From contig CAWDTM010000002.1 in NCBI GenBank assembly GCA_963805305.1, forward strand, positions 389,346 through 453,345: a DNA stretch of 64,000 bases, written 5' to 3'. Shown here piece after piece: positions 28,358 through 38,192 of the stretch. Numbering within the stretch: the stretch's first letter is position 1; each line of letters opens with the position of its first letter. The notes under the pieces are model-generated. The model saw only the letters and a program-made list of their open reading frames with translations. It was not told where the DNA came from and searched no databases. This DNA is from an uncultured Chloroflexia bacterium. GTDB lineage: Bacteria; Chloroflexota; Limnocylindria; QHBO01. The position numbers were made by a program, and so were the translations under genes.

Positions 28358-29172
28358 TGCTGGTACTCCATTGCCTCGGTAACTACGCCGACGATGTGGT
28401 CGGTCTGTGGAATCAGCAGGAATCCCGCGAGAGGCGGGTGCCACGCGTAGCAGGCGAGCACGGTGACCTGGTTTGCGTTATGCGCGTTCGACGCCGCGTA
28501 GCTGCTCGCCATGTCGTCGGACGCCGTGGTGACGGGGAACTGCCTGGTGCAGTCCACACGGACCTTCTCGCCGGCAGTGTTCTGGGAGGTGCGCGGGTTG
28601 ATCACCTGGAGCGACGACGCCACGCTGCTTTCATCCTGCCCGGGCGTCCAGGCGTAGACCTCGACCGAACACTGGCGAAAGTCGTTGGTAGTTCCGTCGA
28701 CGTTCACGGCGACTTCGTCGTAGCCATCGGCGGGGTAATCGCCATTGGTGTCCCTGGTCCAGTAGCCGGACCAGCAGGCGGTAACGTTGAGCGCACCTGC
28801 GTTCAGCCCGAACACCTTGTCGCGAGCAGCCGCGGTCATGTTCGGCCACCGATCGGCAGGCATGTCGCACTCCCAGTAGGAGTTCGGCGCAGGCAGAAGG
28901 GCTCGTGCGGGAGGCAGGTTTGACACGGTTGGGCATCTGGCTGTGGCGCTGTGCACCGCTGCGTACCGCGATGCCTCGCGTGCCGCGTTGGTGACCTCCT
29001 GCTGATAGAACACGACCATGCCCAGAACGATGATTCCGAGGAGCAGGGTGACGAAGAGCGGTGCAGCGAGAGCGAACTCGGTGAGGGCCTGACCGCGAGG
29101 CGCTGGACGTCGACGGATCCTAGCGATGACATCTCGGCGCGTCAGCATGCCGTGGTGTCTCCAGGCGGACAA
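28354..29172 (-). CDS. TadE-like pilus-assembly (pseudopilin) protein
   Basis: N-terminal TadE-family motif GQALTEFALAAPLFVTLLLGIIVLG. 260-270 aa. Confidence 0.6.
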   Translation of the reverse strand: MSAWRHHGMLTRRDVIARIRRRPAPRGQALTEFALAAPLFVTLLLGIIVLGMVVFYQQEVTNAAREASRYAAVHSATARCPTVSNLPPARALLPAPNSYWECDMPADRWPNMTAAARDKVFGLNAGALNVTACWSGYWTRDTNGDYPADGYDEVAVNVDGTTNDFRQCSVEVYAWTPGQDESSVASSLQVINPRTSQNTAGEKVRVDCTRQFPVTTASDDMASSYAASNAHNANQVTVLACYAWHPPLAGFLLIPQTDHIVGVVTEAMEYQQ

Positions 29173-29831
29173 TCGACGACGAAGGTCCGGTCACGCTGCA
29201 GGTACACATCGCCCAGCGAGATACCCCAACCGAGAGGCAGGCTCAGATGCAGGTTGAAGAGCGTCCGGAATCGGTAGCAGAGCCTCACCTCCACGGAGTG
29301 GCTGCCGACGACCAGGCCGGAGTCCTCGTCCCACGGTGCGCTCAGCTGGCTGCACTCGCTCGGTGGAGGGGTTGGGTTCCAGGATGCGAGTTGGCCGCAG
29401 TACGGGTCGTGACCATCCCGAACGCACACCGCAATGATCGGCCAGGAGGGACACGACTCTTCGTTGACGCCCGGCGTGGATGGGTCATCAGGGTGGTATG
29501 TCGTCTCCGGGAGCACCCGTGCCTCTGCGCACGCAGTCCGGGCGGCGATTTCGTGGATGGCCATGTAATCGCCGTCGGACGGCATGGTCCGTCGGAGCCT
29601 CTCGACCGCTGCAGCTTCAGCGCCGCTTCTGGTCGCGGCCTCGGTCACGATACCGGCCTGGAAGACTCGGCCGAAGTCGGCGATTCCGAGGAGCAGGATG
29701 AGCAGCAGCGGCAGCACGAGAGCGAACTCCACGAGTGCCTGGCCGCGCCGGGCTTTGTCAGGAAGCGCGCGGCGAGGCCCAGAACTGCGGCGGGCGATGG
29801 AAACGGCACCCGCAGCCGGCCGAGGTCTCAT
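29142..29831 (-). CDS. TadE-like pilus-assembly (pseudopilin) protein
   Basis: N-terminal TadE motif GQALVEFALVLPLLLILLLGIADFGRVF. 229 aa. First gene of a three-gene minus-strand operon. Confidence 0.65.
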   Translation of the reverse strand: MRPRPAAGAVSIARRSSGPRRALPDKARRGQALVEFALVLPLLLILLLGIADFGRVFQAGIVTEAATRSGAEAAAVERLRRTMPSDGDYMAIHEIAARTACAEARVLPETTYHPDDPSTPGVNEESCPSWPIIAVCVRDGHDPYCGQLASWNPTPPPSECSQLSAPWDEDSGLVVGSHSVEVRLCYRFRTLFNLHLSLPLGWGISLGDVYLQRDRTFVVDCPPGDTTAC

Positions 29832-30123
29832 GCTGATCCAGTTCTCCCCCTGGATGCCTGAGGTGGCCGCGCGGGCAGCGTGTGCAGCCTCGAGACGTCA
29901 GGAGCAGTACCGTAGTACTGGTGGGGTCCTGCCGCCACGAATTCGAATCGATATCGTTGCCCCACGGCACCGATTCGCAGCAACTTGGTTGGAGCGGTGC
30001 GGTGCGGTGAGGTGAGGCCACTCTAGTGCCAGAACCTTGCGGGCCACCTTGCGGCCCAGATCCTCCCGGAGCCCTGGTGCCGCGGCGCACCACGAGGCGC
30101 CGGGCAGGCTCTAGACTCGGCGC

Positions 30124-30744
30124 GTGATCGACGCCCACCCCGAGCCGGAGCGCGTCCTCGTCCTGCCGCGGGACCGCGTCCCGGGGGGTTGCGCGTTCCG
30201 CGGCCTGCGTCCGGCAAGTGCCCTTGACCTGGAGTCCCTGGCCGCGGCAGTGCGTCGGCACGGGCGGTACCTTCGGCGCCCGGAGGCGGAGCAGGATCCG
30301 GCCTTCAAGCAGCTCATTCCGTACGTGGTCCTGCGCAACCGCGGAGGGGTGTTCCTCATGGAACGGACGCGGGCGGGCGGCGACCCGCGGCTGCACCTGA
30401 GGGCCAGCATCGGCGTCGGCGGTCACCTCAACCCGGTCGACCACGGCGCGGACCCGTTGATGGACGGCCTCCGCCGGGAATGGTCCGAGGAGCTCGAGGC
30501 GGCGTTCGAGCCCGCCTTCCGGCTGGAGGGCATGCTCAACGACGACGAGAACGCCGTGGGGGCTGTACACCTCGGCGTGGTCTTCAGCGTGGAGGCCGAT
30601 GGCGCCCCCGTCCGGGTCCGCGAGCGGGACAAGCTGAGCGGCCGCTTCGTGGAGCTCGCCGAGGTGCGTGCCGCCTGGGATCGCCTGGAGACGTGGTCAC
30701 AGCTCACTCTGGAGTGGCTTGAGGCGGAGGAGCCGCAACGCTGA
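30124..30744 (+). CDS. Hypothetical protein, possibly a degenerate Nudix-fold hydrolase
   Basis: Pattern YVVLRNRGGVFLMERT…GVGGHLNPVD…GLRREWSEELEA resembles a Nudix box with a longer insert. It is not canonical. 206 aa. Confidence 0.3.
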   Translation: MIDAHPEPERVLVLPRDRVPGGCAFRGLRPASALDLESLAAAVRRHGRYLRRPEAEQDPAFKQLIPYVVLRNRGGVFLMERTRAGGDPRLHLRASIGVGGHLNPVDHGADPLMDGLRREWSEELEAAFEPAFRLEGMLNDDENAVGAVHLGVVFSVEADGAPVRVRERDKLSGRFVELAEVRAAWDRLETWSQLTLEWLEAEEPQR

Positions 30745-30843
30745 TCGAGCGGCGGCTGGTGCTCCACCGCAGGCCGTTCGACGCTCCGGGAGGGACCGGG
30801 TGGCCCTGTGGGGCGCCGGTAACCGTGGACGTATACTCGAATC

Positions 30844-32238
30844 ATGGTCGCCCTGCGGCGCTCCCTCGCGGTCGTCGCCCTCCTTGTCGGACTCGTGTCC
30901 CTGGCCGGCCCTGTCGCCGGGGCGGGGGCCAGCGGCGGCGTGGCCCGCATCCGGCTCACCGGCGTCATCGACCAGGTCAACGCCTCGTACATCGAAGAGG
31001 CGCTCAAGGCGGCGGCCAGCGGGAACTACCGGGCAGCGCTCATCGTGATCGACTCTCCGGGGGGTGAGCTCACCAGCAAGGACCGGATGGTCAAGGCCAT
31101 CCTGGCCAGCCTCATCCCGGTGATCACCTACGTCGCGCCCGAAGGCGCTCGGGCGGGCTCCGCGGCGACCTTCGTGACCCTGGCCGGGGACGTGGCGGCC
31201 ATGGCCCCGTCCACCCAGATCGGCGCCGCATCGGTGGTGGACTCGAGCGGCAACGACCTGCCCTCCACGGAGGCCAAGAAGGTCACCAATGACCAGGTCG
31301 CGTCGATCCGCGAGCTCGCCCTCCGCGAGGATCGCAATGCCGACTGGGCGGAGAGCGCCGTTCGCGATGCCGCGAGCGTCGGATCGTCGGTGGCTGCGAC
31401 CATGACGCCGCCGGTGGTCGATATCCTGGCCGCCAACGAGTCGGCACTGTTCGCCGCCATCGACACCGGCACCCGCGCCGACGGCCACCCGTATGAGCAC
31501 GATGGCAAGCCGATCCCGGCCCTGTCGTCGCTTCCGGTGACCGACGTGAGCATGAACATCGGGCAGCAGTTCCTGCACCTGCTCTCGGATCCGAACATCG
31601 CCTTCATCCTGTTCACCATCGGCTTCTACGGCATCCTGGCGGAGCTGTTCCACCCGAACTTCGTGTCGGGAACGCTGGGCGCCATCGCCATCATCCTGGC
31701 CTGGATCGGCTCCAACAGCCTGCCGCTCAACATCGGCGGCCTGGCGCTGATCCTGGTGGGCATCGGGCTCTTCGTCCTGGAGATCCACGTCACGAGCTTC
31801 GGCCTCCTCGCGGCAGGCGGGGTCGTCTGCTTCGTGCTGGGCGCCTTCGCCCTCTACACGGGGGTAACGCCCGGAGAGGCGGACTTCGCCGTGGGGGTCG
31901 ACCCCATCCTGATCGTGGCGATCGTCGCCCTGACCCTGTACTACTTCCTGGTCCTGATTCGCGGCCTCGTGCAGACCCGCCGTCTGATGCCCACCGCTGC
32001 GCTGCCCATAGCGGCGCTGGTGGGAGCCACCGGAACGGCCCAAACGCTCCTCGCCCCGCGGGGCATCGCCTATGCTGGTGGTGAGACGTGGTCGGCGCGC
32101 AGCAGCGCGGAGACGGCGATCGATGCCGGAACCCCCATCCGGGTAGTCCGCGTCGAGGGACTCGAGCTTGTCGTGGAACCGGCACCTGCTGCCGTCCAGC
32201 CATCTGAAGAGGGGAGAGAGGACCCGAGCCATGCCTGA
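30844..32238 (+). CDS. nfeD: NfeD-family membrane-bound ClpP-class serine protease
   Basis: Signal peptide, then ClpP-like domain VIDSPGGELTS…TFVTLAGDVAAMAPSTQIGAA. Several TM helices and a C-terminal OB domain. Followed by an SPFH gene. Confidence 0.8.
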   Translation: MVALRRSLAVVALLVGLVSLAGPVAGAGASGGVARIRLTGVIDQVNASYIEEALKAAASGNYRAALIVIDSPGGELTSKDRMVKAILASLIPVITYVAPEGARAGSAATFVTLAGDVAAMAPSTQIGAASVVDSSGNDLPSTEAKKVTNDQVASIRELALREDRNADWAESAVRDAASVGSSVAATMTPPVVDILAANESALFAAIDTGTRADGHPYEHDGKPIPALSSLPVTDVSMNIGQQFLHLLSDPNIAFILFTIGFYGILAELFHPNFVSGTLGAIAIILAWIGSNSLPLNIGGLALILVGIGLFVLEIHVTSFGLLAAGGVVCFVLGAFALYTGVTPGEADFAVGVDPILIVAIVALTLYYFLVLIRGLVQTRRLMPTAALPIAALVGATGTAQTLLAPRGIAYAGGETWSARSSAETAIDAGTPIRVVRVEGLELVVEPAPAAVQPSEEGREDPSHA

Positions 32239-33127
32239 CAACGCCACCGGCCTGATCCTGCTGGTCGTCGGACTGCTGATCGTGCTCTGGCTGATCTCGC
32301 TGACCGTGCATATCGTTCGCGAGTACGAACGCCTCGTGGTGTTCTTCTTCGGACGTCTCCAGGGGGCCAGAGGGCCCGGACTGGTGATCCTAATCCCGTT
32401 CGTCCAGCAGACCGTGAAGGTCGACCTGCGTGAGTTCTATCTCGAGGTGCCGCAGCAGGCCTGCATCACCAAGGACAACGCGCCGATCAGCATCGACTTC
32501 CTGGTCTACTCGAAGGTGTTTGACCCATCGGAGTCCGTCACCGCGGTGACCAACTTCTCTGGCGCATCCCAGGCGCTGGCCGCCACCACGCTCCGCGCGG
32601 TGATTGGCGACATCCCCCTCGATGACGTGCTGGCCAAGCGCGAGGAGATCAACACCATCCTGCGCACCAAGCTCGACGAGGTGACCCATCGCTGGGGTGT
32701 GAAGATCACGAACGTCGAGATTCGCGAGATCGTGCCGCCGCGCGACATCCAGGACGCCATGAACCGCCAGATGAGCGCCGAGCGCATCCGGCGCGCGGTC
32801 ATCACCGAGTCCGAGGGTCAGCGCCAGGCGACGATCAACGTCGCCGAGGGCGACAAGCAGAGCGCCATCCTCCGCGCCGAGGGCAACCGGCAGAGCCAGA
32901 TCCTGCAGGCCGAGGGCTATGCCAACGCGCTGCAGACAATCTTCAACGCCGCCAAGGGCATCGACGAGAAGACCATGGCACTCCAGTACCTCGACGCGCT
33001 GAAGGTGCTCGGTGCCGGCGAGTCGACGAAGTGGGTGATCCCCATGGAGCTTGCGGAGCTGACGCGGCCGATTGCCGGCGCCATGCGCAGCGCTCGAGCC
33101 CCCGACGGTGGCTCGAGCGCCGGCTGA
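32231..33127 (+). CDS. SPFH/band-7 (stomatin/HflC-like) protein
   Basis: N-terminal TM helix then REYERLVVFFFGRLQGARGPGLVILIPFVQ. Typical stomatin-family signature. ATG at 32231 overlaps the nfeD end. Confidence 0.9.
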   Translation: MPDNATGLILLVVGLLIVLWLISLTVHIVREYERLVVFFFGRLQGARGPGLVILIPFVQQTVKVDLREFYLEVPQQACITKDNAPISIDFLVYSKVFDPSESVTAVTNFSGASQALAATTLRAVIGDIPLDDVLAKREEINTILRTKLDEVTHRWGVKITNVEIREIVPPRDIQDAMNRQMSAERIRRAVITESEGQRQATINVAEGDKQSAILRAEGNRQSQILQAEGYANALQTIFNAAKGIDEKTMALQYLDALKVLGAGESTKWVIPMELAELTRPIAGAMRSARAPDGGSSAG

Positions 33128-34067
33128 GGACCCCGAAGGCAGGGATGGGCCCGGCCGGCGCGGGTTGACTGCGAGTGCGGGCCGCCTGCTCGGCGCGCTG
33201 CTGGCAGGTTACGCCGGCTTCCTGGCCGTCGAAGGCTCTCGACGGATTGTCCGACCCCCGCGCAGGCCGTTCCAGCCGCTGGCTGGCGATCCGACCACGC
33301 CCGCGGACCTCGGTCTCGCCCACGAGGACGTGCGGTTCACGACCGACGACGGGGTGACCCTCTCGGGGTGGCTGGTGCAGGCGCGGCGCGAGACGCGCGC
33401 CGCCGTCATCCTGATGCACGGCTTCAGCTGGAACCGGCTCCCTTGGCTCGCCGGCTACGTTCCGTGGCTCGCAGAGCGCTACCACGTGCTGCAGTTCGAC
33501 TTCCGGGGGCACGGCGTGAGCGACGACGCCGACATCACCCTGGGGACCGCCGAACGCCTCGACGTGGCGGCTGCCGTCCGGGTCCTGGAGGGGCTCGGCC
33601 TGGGTCCCATCGGGCTCATGGGAATCAGCATGGGGGCATCGGTGGCAATCATGGCCGGCGCCGATCTGCCGGTTGCCGCCGTGGTCGCAGACGCCCCCTA
33701 TGCGGACCTGTACAACCCGATCGGCAACCGGATGCGGGAGCTCCATTACCCGCTGCCGTGGCTGGGCTCGCGGCTCGTTGTCCTGGGCGCAAGCCTGCGG
33801 GCACGCACCCGGCTGCTGGCGCCGGTTGACCACGTGGCCCGGCTTTCGCCGCGCGGGCTCCTGATCATTGCCCCTCGCGAGGATCGGCTCATCGACAACG
33901 CCCAGGCGCGCCGCCTCTACGAATCGGCGCACGCCCCGAAGGAGCTGTACGTTGTCGACGGTGCCGGCCACGCGGATGCCCTGGCGGTAGGCGGGGCCGA
34001 GTACCGCCGTCGTGTCCTGGATTTCCTGGCGAGGCACCTGGACGGCGCGGGGGAGGCGGCCGCGTAG
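33072..34067 (+). CDS. Alpha/beta-hydrolase-fold protein (dienelactone-hydrolase/BAAT-like)
   Basis: HGFSWN oxyanion region. Nucleophile elbow GISMGAS. C-terminal D…H (DGAGHAD). The real start is probably near 33140, after the SPFH stop. Confidence 0.75.
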   Translation: MPAPCAALEPPTVARAPAEDPEGRDGPGRRGLTASAGRLLGALLAGYAGFLAVEGSRRIVRPPRRPFQPLAGDPTTPADLGLAHEDVRFTTDDGVTLSGWLVQARRETRAAVILMHGFSWNRLPWLAGYVPWLAERYHVLQFDFRGHGVSDDADITLGTAERLDVAAAVRVLEGLGLGPIGLMGISMGASVAIMAGADLPVAAVVADAPYADLYNPIGNRMRELHYPLPWLGSRLVVLGASLRARTRLLAPVDHVARLSPRGLLIIAPREDRLIDNAQARRLYESAHAPKELYVVDGAGHADALAVGGAEYRRRVLDFLARHLDGAGEAAA

Positions 34068-34135
34068 GCGGGCGCCATCGGACCCGGCCGGTCGGACTCT
34101 ATACTCAGGCGGACTCAACCACCAAAGGGTTCTTG

Positions 34136-35326
34136 ATGGCTGCCACCAAGGTCCTCGTCGTCGATGACGACCTCAACATCCAGCGCGTGCTCGTCTTCAC
34201 CCTGAAGCAGGAAGGCTTCGAGGTGATCGTGGCGTCCGACGGCGAGACCGGGGTCGAGATGGCCCGCACCTCGGAACCGGACCTCATCCTGATGGACGTG
34301 GCCATGCCCAAGCTCGACGGGTACGCGGCCACCCAGCAGATCCGGGCGGCCGAGCGGTCGGGCACCCGGGTCCCGATCATCATGCTCACCTCGGAGGCGG
34401 ATGTCGGTGAACGCGTGAAGGGGCTTCGCGCGGGAGCGGACGACGACATCGTCAAGCCGTTCCATCCCCTCGAGCTGATCGCCCGGATCCGCGCGCTGCT
34501 CGCCCGCAGCGGTGCGACGACGGTCCCTACCGGCCAGGACGCCGCGACCCTGGGCCAGCTCGCGCTCTTCTACGGTGCGAAGGGCGGCGTGGGCACCACG
34601 ACCATCGCCATCAACACCGGTATCGCGCTGGCCCAGGAGGCGAAGAGGAAAACGGCCCTGGTGGATGCGAACCTGCAGTTCGGAGACCTGCGCGTCTTTC
34701 TCGATCTCGGGCTGGACACGGCCTCGATCGTCAACGCCATGAGCGAGCCCGACCTCGACGGCGATCTGCTCCGCAAGCTGATGGTCCACCATCATTCCGG
34801 GCTGGAGCTGCTGCTGGCGCCAACCTCGCCGGAGTCGGCCGACATCGTCGTCGAACGTCAGCGTACGGACCCGGCCATCCTGTCGCACCTGCTGGGCATT
34901 GCGCGACGGCAGTTCGACTACACCCTCGTCGACATGGCCAAGACGATCGACGACTTCAACCTCCAGCTCTTCGACGAGGCCGATGTCATCTTCGTGGTGA
35001 TGACCGCAGACCTGTCCTGCCTCAAGAACGTGCAGCTCGTCCTCAAGACCATGGACAACCTCGGATACCAGCGCAGCAAGCTGCAGCTGGTCCTGAACCG
35101 ATCGAACGCGTACACCGGGATCAACGTCAACAACGCGGAATCGGTGCTCGGGCGCAAGATCGACTATCAGATCATCAACGAGTATCGCGCCGCGATCTCG
35201 GCCCTGAACTCGGGCGAGCCCTTCATGTCGTCACGGCCCGATGCGCCGCTGAGCCGGAGCGTCTCGGACTTCGCGCGCGCGGTCGACAAGCAAACGGTGG
35301 CCGAGGCCACGGCAGCCGCCCGCTGA
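34136..35326 (+). CDS. Response-regulator receiver domain fused to CpaE/TadZ-like MinD-family ATPase (second copy)
   Basis: REC domain (KVLVVDDD…DLILMDVAMPKLDG). Deviant Walker A GAKGGVGTTT. Same architecture as the gene at 5477. Confidence 0.75.
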   Translation: MAATKVLVVDDDLNIQRVLVFTLKQEGFEVIVASDGETGVEMARTSEPDLILMDVAMPKLDGYAATQQIRAAERSGTRVPIIMLTSEADVGERVKGLRAGADDDIVKPFHPLELIARIRALLARSGATTVPTGQDAATLGQLALFYGAKGGVGTTTIAINTGIALAQEAKRKTALVDANLQFGDLRVFLDLGLDTASIVNAMSEPDLDGDLLRKLMVHHHSGLELLLAPTSPESADIVVERQRTDPAILSHLLGIARRQFDYTLVDMAKTIDDFNLQLFDEADVIFVVMTADLSCLKNVQLVLKTMDNLGYQRSKLQLVLNRSNAYTGINVNNAESVLGRKIDYQIINEYRAAISALNSGEPFMSSRPDAPLSRSVSDFARAVDKQTVAEATAAAR

Positions 35327-35466
35327 GTCGATAAGCATCTCCTAAGCCCCCCGTAACGGGGCGTCCCTACGCTCGGCGGCGCCGGTCGTCGCTTGAGTAT
35401 GGAGGCGAGCAGGCGGACGGCCGGCACTTCGACGCACGTCCGCTCTGCCTCCCCACGAGGGACCCC

Positions 35467-36984
35467 ATGCTCAGCGAGGTGCTGTCCGCCACCGTGATCG
35501 GCGTGGACGGGGTTCCCGTACAGGTCGAGGCCGATGTCGCCTTTGGTCTTCCATCGCTGACGATCGTGGGGCTGGCGGGCAGTGCCGTGCAGGAGGCTCG
35601 AGAGCGGGTGCGGTCCGCGATCCGGAACTGCGGATTCGAGGTTCCGTCCCGCCGCATCACGGTGAACCTCGCCCCTGCGGACCTTCCAAAGGAGGGAACC
35701 AGCTACGACCTCGCCATCGCGGCGGCGATCCTTGGCGCGTCCGGCCAGCTCGGGGCGCCGGAGGCCCGCCACCGCTGCGCGCTCATTGGGGAGCTGGCCC
35801 TCGACGGGAGCCTGCGGCCGGTGGCCGGGGTCCTGGCGCTGGCCGCCGCGGCTCGCGCGGCCGGCATCGACGAGGTGATCGTGCCCCTGGCGGCGGCGCG
35901 GGAGGCGGCTGCCGTGGAAGGAATCGTGGTGCGCGGGGCGGCGACGCTCGGCGATGCGGTGGCTCACCTCGTTCGGCTGCGCGAGCTTCCGGTGACCACG
36001 GCGGGCCCGATCCCGCCCTGGACGCCCGCCCCCGGGGTTCCCGATCTCGCGGACGTGATAGGCCAGTCATTCGCCAGGCGCGCACTCGAGGTGGCGGTGG
36101 CGGGCCGGCACAGCCTGGCGCTGACAGGCCCGCCCGGCGTCGGCAAGACGCTCCTCCTGCGCTGTGCCGAAGGCCTCCTCCCGCCGCTCGAGGAGGACGA
36201 GGCGGTTGAGGTGAGCAGGATTCACTCCGTGGCGGGGCTCCTGGACCGGGGCGATCCAGTTGTGCGCCGGCGGCCGTTTCGGGTGCCGCACCACACCGTC
36301 TCGACGCAGGCGCTCGTAGGCGGAGGAAGCCGGGTGCGCCCCGGCGAGGCCAGCCTTGCCCATCGCGGCGCGCTCGTCCTCGACGAGCTGCTCCAGTTCC
36401 GGGCCGACGCCCTCGAAGCGCTGCGCCAGCCCCTCGAGTCGGGGACGGTGACCATCGCGCGCGTCGACGGTGCCCTGACCCTTCCCGCCCGCTTCACGCT
36501 CCTTGCCGGCTTCAATCCGTGCGCCTGTGGCTGGCGCCACTCGCGGACTCGGGCGTGCGTCTGCGATGACGCGAGTGCTCGCCGCTATGCGGCACGCATC
36601 TCCGGTCCCATTCGGGACCGGCTCGACCTGTGGATGGTGATGGACGAGCCCGTGGATCTCGTCGAAGCGCCGACGGGAGAGGAGAGCCGGGCGGTCGCAC
36701 GCCGCATCGCGGATGCGTGGGCGCGGCAAAGGCGCCGGCAGGGTCGTGCGAACGGCGAGATGGACCCTGCCTGGGATGCGCTCTCGGACGCGGACCCGAA
36801 GCTCGCCTCGCTGATGGCGCAGCGGGCCCGCCGCCTGGCGCTGTCCCCGCGCCGGGTGCGCCGCGCGGCTCGCATCGCCCGCACGATCGCGGATCTCGCA
36901 GGTTGTTCGACGATCCGGCCCGAGCACGTGGACGAGGCCCTCGCCTACCGGCCGGACGCCCGGCGCGGGGATCGCAGCTCGTGA
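35467..36984 (+). CDS. comM: YifB/ComM-family Mg-chelatase-like AAA+ ATPase
   Basis: N-terminal Lon-like domain (LPSLTIVGLAGSAVQEARERV). Walker A GPPGVGKT. C-terminal ChlI-like domain. 505 aa. Confidence 0.9.
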   Translation: MLSEVLSATVIGVDGVPVQVEADVAFGLPSLTIVGLAGSAVQEARERVRSAIRNCGFEVPSRRITVNLAPADLPKEGTSYDLAIAAAILGASGQLGAPEARHRCALIGELALDGSLRPVAGVLALAAAARAAGIDEVIVPLAAAREAAAVEGIVVRGAATLGDAVAHLVRLRELPVTTAGPIPPWTPAPGVPDLADVIGQSFARRALEVAVAGRHSLALTGPPGVGKTLLLRCAEGLLPPLEEDEAVEVSRIHSVAGLLDRGDPVVRRRPFRVPHHTVSTQALVGGGSRVRPGEASLAHRGALVLDELLQFRADALEALRQPLESGTVTIARVDGALTLPARFTLLAGFNPCACGWRHSRTRACVCDDASARRYAARISGPIRDRLDLWMVMDEPVDLVEAPTGEESRAVARRIADAWARQRRRQGRANGEMDPAWDALSDADPKLASLMAQRARRLALSPRRVRRAARIARTIADLAGCSTIRPEHVDEALAYRPDARRGDRSS

Positions 36985-38189
36985 TGGGGGTCGGGAGGGC
37001 CCGCGAACCCTCCGGGGACGGAGCGTCCGCGAGCCGCTCCGCACATCGGAGTACGTGGGAGATCGCCGGTTGTGAACGCTCAGCCTGGATCGCGCTTGCC
37101 GCGGTGCCCCGCGTCGGCCAGGCCGGGTTCGCGTCCCTCCTTCGTGCGTTCGGCAGCGCACAAGGAGCGCTCGAGCAGCCCAGCGATCGCGTGGCGCTCC
37201 ACCTGCCCCGGGCTGACGAGAGCACGCACCGTGCGCTGGCGGCCATCCGGCAGCGGGGCGTCGAGGAGACGGCGGCGAGGCTCGAGTCCGCGGCGTCGGC
37301 CGTGGGCGGGCGGGCGGTCACCGCCCGCGATCGTGATTACCCGGCCCGGCTCGCGCGGCTGCCGCTCCAGCCCCCGGTGCTGTACGTGGCAGGACCCGTC
37401 GGCCGCCTGTCGGCGCACTGCGTCGCCGTGGTCGGTACCCGGCGGCCGACCGGGTACGGGCGGGCCGCCGCTGCCGAGATCGCCGACGAGCTGGCGCGGG
37501 CGGGCGTCTGCGTGGTCTCCGGCCTCGCATTGGGAATCGATGGGGTCGCGCACCGCTCGGCGCTCGCCGCCGGCGGCAGCACCGCCGCCGTCCTGCCGTC
37601 GCCCATCGACCGCGTGTACCCGCCACGGCATCGCGAGCTGGCCGAGGCGATCATCTCGGCAGATGGCGTTCTGCTCTCCGAGTCGCCGCCGGGACGGACC
37701 ACGGGCAAGCCGGATTTCGCCCGGCGGAACCGGATCGTCAGCGGGCTCGCCGACGCGGTGGTCATCGTCGAGGCGCCCGATCGCTCGGGGGCGCTCCTGA
37801 CGGCAGCCGCGGCAGGCGACCAGGGCCGGGACCTGATGGCGGTTCCCGGACCTATCGATTCCGTGGCATCGCGAGGATGCAACCGCCTCATCGCCGATCA
37901 CCAGGCCGAGATCGTCACATCGGCGGTCGCCCTCGTGCAGCATCTCGGCCTCCGACCCGCGGGCAGGGCGCCGCTTGCCGTCGGCCTTTCCGAGCCGGAG
38001 GGCCTCGTCCTCGGCTCGCTCTTCCAGCGAAGCGGGTCCATCGAGGAGCTGATGGATAGAACCCGGCTGGGGACCCCGGCCATCGCGAGCGTCCTGACCC
38101 TCCTCGAGGCCCGCGGCCTGGTGACGAGCTACGGCGGTGCAACCTTCCATCCGACCGTCGCTGCGAAGCGCGCCGCCCGGGGGCGTTGA
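36984..38189 (+). CDS. dprA: DNA processing protein DprA (Smf)
   Basis: Rossmann-like core VVGTRRPTGYG…VVSGLALGIDGVAH…SGL. ATG at 36984 overlaps the comM stop. C-terminal wH domain. Confidence 0.85.
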   Translation: MGVGRAREPSGDGASASRSAHRSTWEIAGCERSAWIALAAVPRVGQAGFASLLRAFGSAQGALEQPSDRVALHLPRADESTHRALAAIRQRGVEETAARLESAASAVGGRAVTARDRDYPARLARLPLQPPVLYVAGPVGRLSAHCVAVVGTRRPTGYGRAAAAEIADELARAGVCVVSGLALGIDGVAHRSALAAGGSTAAVLPSPIDRVYPPRHRELAEAIISADGVLLSESPPGRTTGKPDFARRNRIVSGLADAVVIVEAPDRSGALLTAAAAGDQGRDLMAVPGPIDSVASRGCNRLIADHQAEIVTSAVALVQHLGLRPAGRAPLAVGLSEPEGLVLGSLFQRSGSIEELMDRTRLGTPAIASVLTLLEARGLVTSYGGATFHPTVAAKRAARGR

Positions 38190-38192
38190 GGC

